Below, in pieces: positions 25,400 to 37,982 of a DNA stretch of 64,000 bases. The stretch covers positions 1-64,000 of the forward strand of contig ADNK01000255.1 in NCBI GenBank assembly GCA_000320545.1, written 5' to 3'. Source of the DNA: Bigelowiella natans CCMP2755. Its lineage: Eukaryota; Protista; Cercozoa. The notes beneath the pieces were generated by a model. It did no database searches. It saw only the letters and a list, made by a program, of their open reading frames with translations, and had not been told where the DNA came from. Position 1 is the first letter of the stretch; each line of letters begins with the position of its first letter. The position numbers and the translations under genes are program-made.

Positions 25400-26010
25400 C
25401 GGGCTATAGATTGCGGCTTCTTATTTCTCGTCTACTCTTAACTATCAAGCAATGCACTCTGATTGTGCGAGGAGGGAGAATCTCAATCCGAGGCTGTGTC
25501 CTTTTTTGAAGCACCTTCGGATGGAGTATGCAATTTTAAGACACAACTTTGCTTTACGGTGTAACGCTTTTGGATCGAAACCAGTTAATTTTGTTTCGAT
25601 ATGAACAATAATTTTACGGCGCAGCTCGGAAATCAAGAGCACAGCTGCGCGGGAATATCTCAAGCCCAAACACGTTCCCGAAAGGAAGCGAGATATGAGA
25701 AATTTGTAACTTGGAAGAATCAAGCACTGCGAAGGGAGAGTTTCCTCAGATTAGGGTCCCTATCACACTTTACGACATTCCCGAAAGCCCTAAGAGAATT
25801 AGAAATTACCCATGTTTTACTTGCCGCAGTTTTTCTCTGTTTACGAGAGGGTTCCTATTTTTTACAGCACAGATACCATGGGTATGATATTGTGCGTCAA
25901 GTAAAAAAAATTGTCGTAGCATCAAATGCGATGAAAATTCAGTCAGATCGAGGCTATTATCACTGCGCGACTTAGAACAGAGTGCTTCACAGTGGCTCTC
26001 CGTGAAGAAA

Positions 26011-26094
26011 AACAACACCAACAACAACAACAACAATAACAACAACAACAACAACAATAATAACAACAACAACAACAATAACAACAACAACAAC
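26011..26094 (+). repeat. (CAA)n microsatellite just upstream of the RRM gene ATG
   Basis: About 28 CAA/TAA units read directly. Confidence 0.9.
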
Positions 26095-26109
26095 TAAAAT
26101 GCGCATGGA

Positions 26110-28517
26110 ATGGCGGCCGCCGATGGGCGAACCCTCGTGCTAGTAGCCCAGCAAAAGGTTGCTTTTGAAAAGATGCACAGATACCAAAGGCTGAACATGG
26201 AGATAAAACGCACCCGAGAGAGATGGGTAGCGATAACGGTGGCAGTTTTAGCTACTGTGGCCTGCGGAGTGGTGCTTAACCTGCCTCAGAACAACACCAC
26301 AGGATACCACTCTCTGGGAAAGAGCTCCTCTCCTGCTGTTATGGCCGACTTACCCATGGGATCCCTTCGTTTTAATGAGCCAAAAGTGGTTCGACATAAT
26401 TCTTACCAGCAGCAGCAGCGACAACGGGGTGGACTGCTACACACTACTGCTGCTGCTGCTACAACTACTGCTACTACTCCTTTCGAAGAAGCAGAGGTAT
26501 CAATCGCAGGTGACAGTAGCATGTGGGAGATGCTCCGGGGAGGAGCAAGTGGTGGTGATGAAGACCAGGAAGAAGAATCCGATGAAGAGGTAGGCGATGC
26601 AAACGAGGAGAACGGCGAGGATGAAGATAGCGATGGCGATGGTAATGGACCTGCAGATGATGATGATGATACTGAGGGGCTCGACGAAAGAACAGTCTTC
26701 GTGTACAAGCTATCTAGAGAGGCAACCGAATCAGACTTGAGGAGTCATATGGCTACTGCAGGAGTAGTTGAGGATTTGCGGTTGATTCGTGGTCTCGACG
26801 GGTTAGTTAATACACATTAAAAATTTAAACCTGTGCATCATCCATCCGAAAGCTCCATGTGATCATCATCGTTTAACTGTCTTTCCACACCTCTATCTCT
26901 TCCTCTGCTATTCATCATCAATTTCTAGGACTTTTAAAGGCAGGGCTTTCGTTCGCTATGCTGATAATGAAGGCGTTGCTAATGCGAAGAGGAAGCTGTC
27001 CAAGAGCTTGTTCTTCGAAAAAAAGATGGAAGTTGTGCATAATGGCGAAGACGATGGGGCGATGACACAGGGTGACTGGTGCTCGCTTCATGTGTTCAAT
27101 GTCGACCCATCTGTGACCGCTGAGGAGCTACGCGCCCGTATGGATACAGCTGGCGGCGTTGAGAAAGTGGACATCCTGAAACAAAGAAATGGGTACGTAG
27201 AGGGACTTCGGTGGGAATGAGATTTCATTTTCGTAAAGGAGAGAGAGGGGGAGGGGGGGGCGTAACAGTTGGCGTGCGAAGTATAACAAGATCATATCGA
27301 TATTGGATGTGGCATAATATGGTGGTTGGTGCCCCCTGTGGGCAGATTGTATGTATTTTATCCCTCCTGAAAGAACTACAAGTGCACATTCACAAACATA
27401 GATTACTGCAAAGAAGCCCAACGCGTATCATATATACAATATGAAATAAGTACACACACACACACACACACACATACACACAAACAGGGTGGCCAAGCGG
27501 GAGGCCTTTGTGCAGTTTTCCGATGTAGCAGGTGCCTCGTACGCTATAGAGACACTCTCCAACAGTCTGCTTGGCGGCGAGAAGATCGTTCTCAATCCGC
27601 GCCGTCGGCCTAAAAGCGAGTTTGCAGAGGTCTTCGTGAGTGGGTTGAACGCATCGACGACCACGGAGGGGGCACTTAAAGATCACATGTCAGAAGCAGG
27701 GATTGTTACAAGCATCAATATGGTGAGGAGCCGTCACCTGAATGGGTAGTATTCGCACAGAGAAACCATAGTAGCATTGCCAGTATTTATGTACAGACGA
27801 AGAAGAAGAAGAAGAAGAAGAAGTAATATTACCTACAGAAAGGTACATCGAAGCTACTGAGAAATACAGTTCCAAGCCAAACATCCTGGCACCCGGGATC
27901 TTCTCATGTCCTTGAACATGGGCGATTCTTTGGACCATCTTTGTAAAATACTGCTATGATAAAAACTTTCAGGGCTCCGAATGGCAAGGCCTACGTGCAG
28001 TATGCAGACACTGTCAGTGCGTTTCGAGCGATTCGTAAATTGAATAAAACTGAGCTTCTAGGCCGTACGATCATGGTGCAACGCGCCGACAAAATCCGGA
28101 AGAAACTAAAGAAGAAGAAGACGCCAAAACAGTAATCTTACTTTCTCTTCTTTCCTCCCTCCCCACCAGAGCGCATACGTTCTCATTTACACCGAGAACC
28201 CTCTCCTAAACCATGCTACCTTGTTTTGCCGCACCCCCCTCCTTTCCTGTCTCTTCCCTTCCAAAGCTACCCCCACCTGAACTTCTACAACAAGACTGCG
28301 AGCGACGTGGTGTTTGTGAGAAACCTGAGCTACGACGCCAAATCGGAGGACTTGTCGGAGCACATGTCGGCAGCAGGACCTGTGAAGGAGGTTCAGATCC
28401 TCAAGCGTAAGAGAGATGGGTAGTACGATGAACAACCAACAGACAGCAGTAGCAAGCAGCACTTCTGTATATATGTAGCAGCAGATGCATTATTAATGTT
28501 ACGGTTATATTCATATT

Positions 28518-28554
<37 letters not shown>

Positions 28555-29625
28555 AACTGGAGCCCCCACCAGCCCTCCTTTCGTCACAGTAACACGCAAT
28601 CCTCAATCCTCAATCGTTGTCTGTTTGTACTACTACTACTGCTACTACTACTACTACTACTACGACGACGACGACGACGAGTAGGTGCTCGCAGGGCATT
28701 GCCTACGTCCGTTTCTCGCAATCACGCTACGCAATTCGAGCTGTGGAATCGCTCAACAATTCAGTGCTGCTTGACCGCCGGTTAGTTGTGCAGAAGGACC
28801 GTCAGTACCCTTGGAAAGTGAAGAAAGAGCTGGTAGAGCTCAGTGGAAGCCGGCGCTACATACGCGCTGAGCAGAAGAAGAAACAGAAAAGGGAAGGGGG
28901 CCGGGGGCAGGAGGGACTGGTGGATCGGCTTCGGGGAGGTACCACCTCAGGAGGAGAGGAAGGAGGAGGCGGAAAGGGGCATTATATAGGCAAGAATAAT
29001 ACTATACACGGCGGGGGGGAGAGAAAAGTAATGGCGAAAGGGGGGGCAGGGAAGAAGGACGGCGGTGGTCTAAACAAAACGTCATCGGCGGTGGAGGGCG
29101 GGAGAAACAAGAAGGCAACGAAGAAGAATAAGAAGAAGAAGGAGAAGAGTAAGTCTGGCTTCTTCAACGTGACAAAGGCGCTCTCAGGGCTGCTGCAGTT
29201 CATCGATCGGTCACGGAACGTCTTCATCGGCAATTTTCCCCAAAACCGCAACTACACCGAGGCCCAGATCGAAGAGCTCGCGAAGAAAGCAGGCGAGGTG
29301 CTTTAATGCCCTGCGCTGCTGTTGGTGCTACAGTTGGTGTTGGGAGTAGTGAGTATTGGTTGTAGGCGTGGCAGTCATCATACGTCAATCTCAATCAGCG
29401 TGTGCGCATATTAGTTGTCGTAGTAGTAGTAACACTTATCATTATTATCACCTGATAATGGTATGGTTGTGTTATCACTCGTGCTGCTGCTGCTGCACAG
29501 GTTCGTGGAGTCCAAATCATGCGCAGATACGGCAGTGACGCCGTCGCATTTGCCATCGCCGAGTAATGAAATGATTGATTAGTGGGAGGAGACTTGTGTT
29601 AATTTATGTGTCTTGTTATTATCAT

Positions 29626-29661
<36 letters not shown>

Positions 29662-29946
29662 AGGGCGTGTATTTGTTTATGTGTGTTTCTGAACGTGCAC
29701 GATTACCAGCACAGTCATTACCACCATACCCATTACTATCTATTCATCCTCTCCCCTCCTCCTAAATCTTACAAATGCAGGTACTCAACGAAAGAGCAGG
29801 CGGAGAATGCAATCGTGCTACTTAACAACACTGAGATGGTGAGGAGACTTAATGATAAACTCACACCATCACTGCCAGTCATCAGCACCACAATGGCCCG
29901 TGCAACACACACAACAGTTAAACAAACACACGCACACACACAAAAG

Positions 29947-29988
<42 letters not shown>

Positions 29989-30374
29989 ACACGAATGGAT
30001 TTATACTTCAGGATGGGAATCATATATTCGTCAAGGCTGATGCAGGCATTCCGCCCCCAGTGAAGCCGCCGCGCCCCGCAGTTTCTCGCGGTCGCAACTA
30101 CACCGGGACAAACCCTAACGTCATTACAAAGTCGCAACAGCAGGAAGAGGGACTGAAGCTCACATCACCATCATCATCATCAGCAGCAGCAGCAGCTATG
30201 AAGATGGATCGCGATGATAGAAGGTCTCAGAATTCACGGCTGTATCTTGACTATCAGCATCAGATGGGGCGCTATATGGCTCGCCTCAGAAGGTGCTTTC
30301 ACAACATCCCTCACCGCATACATACAGCAAGAACAGCCATCTTTTCATGCATTCCTGCGTCTCGCGGAGCATCT

Positions 30375-30417
<43 letters not shown>

Positions 30418-31014
30418 TTTAATATATATATATATACATATTTTAAATGAAGTGATACTTATGGTCGATGTATATTTATACTGACACCCCTCATCATTTT
30501 CTGCGCACACACACATTCTCACCCGCCCTTGCCCTTCAACCCTAGGTGGATAAGGAGGGAGGTAAACATAACTGCAACCATGGAGGCGTGCCGCAGCCAT
30601 GGCATCCGCCTACCTGCGAACAACCAGGATAGTAATCATGCGAAACAGGTAGTGGCGGTGCGACGATTCACGATGTACCATTCCTACCGATATATGATGG
30701 GAAGAAGAAGGAGAAGAAGAAAAAGAAGAAGAAGATGATCACTCGCCCAACACCATCGTTGTGCCTTCTCTTTTCTCCATAACTTCCTCCTAACGTAGGC
30801 ATCCTACCTGGCCCGTCGATTGAGCTGCCTTCAGCTGCGCGGTGGAAGGGGGGGAGGAGGAAGAGTAAGGTTCGTTGCTATAATATCACCGACAATCTAC
30901 AATTTCTTTGTATTATTTAAAAAAAAAAACGCATGTATTTAGTAGAGGGGTGAAGCTGGTTTCGACTACTCAAAGAAGGATGAAAGAACAAGGCGTTATT
31001 GCTGCCAGGCCAGT

Positions 31015-31059
<45 letters not shown>

Positions 31060-31865
31060 TACGATACCGACCCTGCGCACTCCTCCTTCTATGGAAAGGA
31101 CATTCTCTCTTCGGAAACAACAACAACAACGACGACGACAACGACAACAGCAGCCAGAAATACTTGTCGAGGAGACTGAGACTTACCTTTCTCCTCTCCA
31201 CCATCGCCGCCGTCATCAGTATCATCATCATCAGCAGCAGCAGGAGCAGAAGGAGAAGGAAGAAGAGAAGGAAACAGCTAGGTTCTTCGTTATCCACCCC
31301 CCCCCTTCTCGCACGGCGGAAGAAGAAGAAGAAGTGGAAGAGCTCCTCCTCCATAATATTCAACTCGCAGAGGTCAACGTGCTCAGAGGGGGAGTAGGTG
31401 CGAGGCAGCAGCAGCAGCAGCAGCAGCAGCAGGACCACGATGAAAGGTTGGAGAAGGAGAAGGAGCAAAACGATGATGACGGTGGCCGCACTACAGTATC
31501 TTCGCCGCCCCGGCGAGAGCAAGACGCAAAGAGAGGGTCATCATCATCGTCCATGCCACCACCGCAACAAGCCGTTGCTGATGGTGGGGACGATAATAAG
31601 GCAGGGAAAGACCGGGACGCTGCTTTCAGTTCCCACTCCTCCTACTCGAAGGAGAGTGATGACAACAGTGATTATCGTCCTTCCATTGAACGGTTTCCAA
31701 ACGAAGTTCCTCCTTCGCTGCAGCACATTGACGAAGAGTATAAAAGGCCCCACTGGGAAGACTATAAACACCTGGAGACGCCTCTCCAGAAGTAAGGAGA
31801 GGGGTGGAATGGAGAGAGGGGACGGAAGAAAGAGAGAGAAATAAATTTGCAATGATATATTTATT

Positions 31866-31905
<40 letters not shown>

Positions 31906-31909
31906 GCTC

Positions 31910-31947
<38 letters not shown>

Positions 31948-32624
31948 CTTATGTTGTGCCATGTACTTATTATTATTACTACTACTACTACTACTACTAC
32001 TACCAGACTGCGGAACGAGTTCAAAAAGGGAGCGTCTGTCTCAGAATCTCAGTAAGGAGAAGAAGAACAGTAGAAGCGAGAATAATATTCGTTCATCTTT
32101 GGCATTAGTAGTAGTAGTAGTAGAGAGGCGCTGTTTCTCTCAAGCCAGCATCAATTCATTCGCCAAAGAAAAGTAGGACGAAAAGTGTCGGTGATGATTT
32201 TCCAACGACGTGAACAGTTCTTGGCGACGGCTCACCATTCCATACGTCCTGATATATCTATTTCCTTTTCCCTTCCCTCCCCCCCCCCCCGCCCCCTTCC
32301 TCATATTTCTCCGTCATTATCTTGCCGTCGTTCTCAAGGTGGAGTAAGTCGATGAGAGAATTCGAAGCTAAGACTGCAAGAGAGCAGCGTAATGAGGAGC
32401 TCCTAAGGGCCCGCAGCAAGCTCGATACAAGGGTTGTTCGCCCCTTTTAAAATACCACAATACGTGTTAGCTGCTACTTTTGTCCTCTCGTGGCCATTCG
32501 TTCCTTTGAATGTAGCTATTTTGTTTGAGTGTGATTTTGATTGATCTTCCTCTCCTCCTCCCTCCTTCCTCTTCCTTCAGTCGCTTGATTACAGCAAATG
32601 GGACGGCTCTCTTTCGGTTGTGAG

Positions 32625-32670
<46 letters not shown>

Positions 32671-33775
32671 AATGATAAAACAAGCACGAATGTCATTTGC
32701 TGCTGCATCATTCTCCTCCTCCTCCCCCCTCCTCCTCCTCCTCTACATGACCGGCAGCTTACACAAACTCCCGTGGAAACGGAAGACGCAATGGCAGACG
32801 ATGGAGATCCTGAGGAGTTACGATATGGTTGTTGTTGTTGTTGTTCTTGTTGTTGTTATTTTTCCTGCTGCTTTCTGCCTCCAAGCAACGTCGATGATAC
32901 ATCCAGCAGATATTGATCGTGGTCATGACGACAACGTTGATTATGCTTATGATGATAATGATGGTGGTCGTGGCGGGTGATATCGATGCGGGGATTGGCT
33001 GGAATGACATCATCCTGTGCATACCATACCGATGGGAAGTAAATATTAATATACCGCTCAATTTGATGATGGCCTTTTCTCCTCCTCTATAGACCTCACG
33101 GACCCCGATTACAGTGATTTACAGCTCGTGCAGGTTAGGATACGCGTTTGTGCGTGTTTGCGCGCGCGTGTATAATGTGGCATATTGAATAGTCTCCCCT
33201 CCCCCGCGCATTCTCCTCAATTTCTCCACCAACTTTCAAAACCAATTCCAAATCTGTGTTGTCGCACGAAAAGGGCGACTGGCTGGTACAGAATACAACG
33301 CAAAGGCAAGAACCGCACATCGATGGAAGGTACCGCCCATCCTTAACCCCTCCCCTTCGGAGCGGGGAATCATGACCTACAGCACCACCACCACCATCAT
33401 CATCATCATCGTCATCATCCAGATTGTCCATAATCTTGCTGTTGCAACATTGCAGACTAGTGCATGGGCTTGGACGGCGTACGGAGGCATTATACACACA
33501 GAAGTCGACGGGGAAGCTCTGGTTGAGGGGCCTTTGGTTGGACCGCGAACGCTCCAACAAAGACATGTTACGATGGAAAGCAGGGGGTACTTGTTGTTGT
33601 TGTTGTAGTAGTAGTAGTAGTAGTAGTAGTAGTATCGAGATAGACTCATCATCCGCAATGATCGATGGCGTGATGTGACCACACTCGATTTGATGTCACA
33701 ATATACATGGATCTCTCCAACCTTGCTCCCAAATGGCTACACAGCTTGGCCACCATTTTAGTTCACAATTTCCGA

Positions 33776-33809
<34 letters not shown>

Positions 33810-34238
33810 GCATCTCGTACCGTTTTCAGGCGTTGGTCGCCAACTGAACCTCCTCGGCGGTGTGGTGTGGCTTCGACAAAGCGCTTCTCCCTCCAAAAAC
33901 TATCCTGCGAGTACGTACTAGTAGGAAGCTGTTGTAGCTGTTATTATTGACTAAAGAGATTCGGGTAGAGAATGATGGAACGTCATACTGGTGCGAACTC
34001 CATCGCGCCGATAACTAAAAAGTCTCTTCCCTCCTCAGAAAAAAGCACACCGACGCCTCTGCTCCCGCAGAGAGAGTTAAGCACGGAAGACGTGGAGATT
34101 GAAGATGCGAAGCAGCAGGGAGCCCGAATTTTCCGTCGAGTTCCAGGGACTGAGCGCTTTAGGCGAGACCCGTCAATTTCTGTCAGCAGCAGCGACGACG
34201 CAGTCGCAGCTCCTCATCAGCACAAGCAAACTGCTTGA
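26110..34238 (+). CDS. Five-RRM RNA-binding protein (GBP2/hnRNP-M-like RRMs) with N-terminal hydrophobic presequence and long low-complexity C-terminal region; could be two genes split near 30.3-30.9 kb
   Basis: RRM1 TVFVYKL...KGRAFVRY; RRM2 LHVFNV...REAFVQF; RRM3 VFVSGL..LKDHMSEAG...GKAYVQY...LNKTELLGRTIMV; RRM4 VFVRNL...GIAYVRF...LNNSVLLDRRLVVQKDR; RRM5 VFIGNF...AFAIAE|YSTKEQAENAIVLLNNTEM. Exons 30012-30291, 30546-30647, 30799-30869 and 30943-31791 can be joined in frame to the downstream exons ending at 34238. Confidence 0.75.
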
Positions 34239-34730
34239 GGCCAAGAGGAATAGCGATATGGACAATAGGAGATGGAGGGAATGTTGATAGGGAATTGTGC
34301 ACGTCGTCTAAGCATGTGTGCGAAGCCATGTTGAAAATCAATATATGGTCGCAGCACGAGTAGACGAATCGAACATGATAGACATGCAATACACTATTGC
34401 GTGCAATGCTTACGTGTGTGAGTGATAATAGACACAGTAGTATTACGTGTGTCTACCATAGTGCATTTGTCTGGTACAAGTATGCATGGCGCACTTGTTA
34501 GGCATTTAATGTGTTAATGTACTAAATGGCATAGCACAGCGCGTGCAATCCGTCACATGCTAGCACAGTATGCAATGTCTGATGCTGCATGGCTCATGCT
34601 AGCATGGCCCCGCCATGTACCAGCTTGTGCCTGCCATGCTACGATCGATGTGTGAGCGCATCAGCCGCGCTTGTGCTAGCGGCGAGCTAGTGTGAACTGA
34701 TTGATTGTTACAGCCCAGGAAATTCTTAAC

Positions 34731-34882
34731 GATATATGAGACTGATGGAATGAAGTGATTATAACTTTTCAATGGTCATCCTAATATACTAATGTAACTA
34801 TATGTAATATGTGAGACGGATGTAATGAAATGTTTCAAAATTTTCCAATGGTCATCCTAATGTAGCTGTGCGGAGCAGCGGC
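34731..34882. repeat. Diverged tandem duplication, unit about 76 bp
   Basis: atat(a/g)tgagac.gatg.aatgaa.tg....caatggtcatcctaat occurs twice, 76 nt apart. Confidence 0.7.
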
Positions 34883-35247
34883 TACATACAGCGCTTAAGT
34901 TGTATGTGCAATACATATATAATACTCCCTAAGAACATTAACCTGCGGCTAATTGTGCTTCATGGGCGGCTGGCTGGCGAATGCATGCCAGATGATATGA
35001 TGATCGATGTATCGTTGGATAGCATGTGAAATAGATCACTATACAATGGCTTATACATGTTTATCTGCAGTTTGAAGCGCTGCTTGTGTGTGTGTATGGC
35101 TTATCCAAATGTGCGACATATCTTAGAGCTAGACGCTACAAAGCATGTACGTGATGGTGTGTAGCACATGCATTGTTGTAGAGGAATTCAGGCCTTGTAA
35201 ACATTCAATATATCACTTCTGTCTTTGAATTAACAAAAAAACATAGC

Positions 35248-36980
35248 TCATAATTTATCGAGGCTCCGTAGAATGGACATGAACCCACTATTGGGCTGCA
35301 CATTTGTATTTACTGCACTGCCACCAGCAGCCCCCACCACCTGCCCGCCTCTCTTTGCTTTGTTCAGGAGTGCCAAAGACTCCGATAGGGACATCTGCTT
35401 AGTCTGCATCAGGTATGCGATGAGCACAGCAGGGGACCGCGACCGACCCTCAAAGCAGTGGACGAGTACCTTGTTCTTTTTCTTGTCATCGTCATGATTC
35501 TCATCATCACGCTCGAGTGCTTTCCTGATGAACTGGATGCATTCCGGCAGTACTTTGGCTAATTGGGACTTAGCCGTGGGGCTATCTTTAAGCGCTACTC
35601 TTTTGTAAACGAAGGAGCCTTGGAACCGAGGGGGGATAGATTCGGCCACCGTTAGAATGTGGGTGATACCCGCTGCGTCCAGAGCGCTCCTGTTATACGC
35701 ACCTCCTATACCGCTGAGATATAGATCGGGCGCAATTAGGCAAATGTCGTTGGCCCCGTTTCGCTTCTTCTCTTTCCGCACCTGCATCAACCGTCGCAGA
35801 GCGGTAACCTTTATCTCCTCCTCATCCATTTGCATCTTGCTTGCCATCTGCTTTGTCGTCGTCATCTTTGTTGTCATCGGTTTAGAAGCTGAAGAAGAGG
35901 TGGAAGCAACTTCCTTCGATTCGTTGTCCTCTCCTTTCTCTAGTTTCATCGCGACACTTTTATGCGTTTCCGCCATCAGCCCTGCCGCCATTTCCCGCAG
36001 CTGGTGTTCAAAGCCGGGGTTGGGCCGAATAATACCTCTGGCATTCCGTGCGCATTTTAGTGCCGCATCGTAGCCGATTCTAAGATGTTTCATTAACAAA
36101 GCGATGATAACCGACCCTGAGCGACTCTGACCTTTATGGCAATGAACGAGCACTTTATTGGGCGACGACCTTGGCTCTCTGTTTGGTTGCTTCCGGAGCG
36201 ATGGCAGTGCTTCTTCGACGAACCGCATGGCCGCTAAAATGGCATCCTTCAGTTCTCGCGCGGCGTCTTCATAATCCTCCAGCTCTAGTCTGAGGTACTT
36301 GATTTCGAGTAGATCGTCGTCTTCAAATGTATTTGGCAGCTTGTCTGTGATGTTGACCACGTGGGTGATCCTAAGGTGCTCAAAGACCTCCCGTCTCTTC
36401 GCTTGCCCATACCCACCGATATACACCCCCCCCCCTAGCTCCCGCACGAGTTGAGGGTAGTACACTACGTTTTCAGGGAGATAAATTTTCTTCGTCGTCA
36501 GGAATGGGTACGTGTCCAGCAGCTGCTCGTAATCAGGAAAAAGTAACAGCTCCTTGAATCTATACTCGGCCATAATCCCACCACCGCAGAGCGCTTTCAG
36601 AATCCTTTGAACACTCTGAACTGACTTCGAGTCGCCGTAGACTAGCACTGTCTTTATCATATCCGGAGGGTTGTCAAACATTTGGTCCTCGATAAACTTC
36701 GCAACAAGGCTGCGATCGGCCGCTGCTTTATCCCCCCCCGCGTCTTCGACTGACGATGGATCCTGCCCGAGCTGTATATTCCGCGCTGTAAGGAGATGGG
36801 ATTGCTTGAATGCTCCCGAAGGGCGTCCATCGATGACAAAGATACGATTTTGGGCGAGATCGAGGTTGAAGACATCGTCGCTGTCTAGACACTGCGGCTG
36901 TGAATGGGAAGCGAATGTTTTCTTTAGCAGGTTTACAAGGCATGCGCAGGTGTATGATTATTGTGGTGTCTGCCTGTCTT

Positions 36981-37047
<67 letters not shown>

Positions 37048-37088
37048 TGGATGGCGGAGCTACAGCTCCTTTGCCCTTCCACTTCCAT
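35248..37088 (-). CDS. MAPK-phosphatase-like protein: rhodanese domain + two dual-specificity phosphatase domains (about 571 aa, 2 exons)
   Basis: Exon 37088-37047 plus exon 36921-35248. Rhodanese-like IFVIDGRPSGAFKQSHLLTARNI; DSP1 VLVHCHKGQSRSGSVIIALLM...IRPNPGF; DSP2 VLVHCFEGRSRSPAVLIAYLM...VQPNSGF. Confidence 0.93.
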
Positions 37089-37345
37089 GAACTCTCCGAG
37101 CAGCGGCTCCTTGGTACGAAAAAGAATGCTGTTATGTTTTCGTTCTGCGACAACAAGGATATGTTGTCGCAGAACAATATCATCGATTAATTTTGGTTAC
37201 CAACTCTCAAATCAATCATGATAAAAATCTATCGGCAGAATATCCTAGACGGGGTTTTCAATGTGAAACTTAAAATTGCATTCCATTTTGTGTATACGAC
37301 AAGCAATAATTGTCGTTCCCAGCCACCGCCACAGAACAACCTCCA
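37089..37345. promoter_or_regulatory. Probable bidirectional promoter between the phosphatase and mS35 genes
   Basis: Only 257 nt separate the two divergent predicted ATGs; no motif was identified. Confidence 0.5.
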
Positions 37346-37914
37346 ATGGCAGTAGGCGTGCGTGCGAGCGTGCGGAGGGGCGGGCGGAGACTTCCTCTCC
37401 TCATCAGAGGAGGGGGATGGGCTACATGTTCCACAAATCACCTCCAAAACGTAAGATCTACCAGGATGAGCTCAGCTCCTCGCTTGTTCAGCTCATGGGG
37501 TCAAGGCAAGGATAGGGACGACGGTATGTACTAGAGTCGTGTTGTGAGGGGGGGGGATGAACGCATCCTCGTGAGAACATCTACTGATGGTTTTTTCCCG
37601 ACTAAACGACAAGTGTCATCATCATTATTATCAAGCTTTTGCAACCTTTTGAAACTTTCATGAAGACATGTGGATATACTGCGTAGTTTCACAAAAATGG
37701 TAGCTGTTACCTACTAATCCAAACAACTAACATATTTCAGCTGGAGCTCCGACAGTGCTAACCAGCATGTTGGATGACCTTATGGACCAAGTTCAAGACA
37801 GAGTAATACTTAGAAAATGAAGAGAATGGCAATAGAGATGCAGATGTGATGGCGCCCTTTTTGAGTATTGTTGTTAGTCAGAAGAAGGGCATATTCCAAC
37901 ACAGTTTCATTCAC

Positions 37915-37982
<68 letters not shown>

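Noticed and set aside
20343-34886. Shared 13-mer agcagcggctaca in two spacers
   Set aside because: A single 13-mer match is expected by chance in 64 kb.
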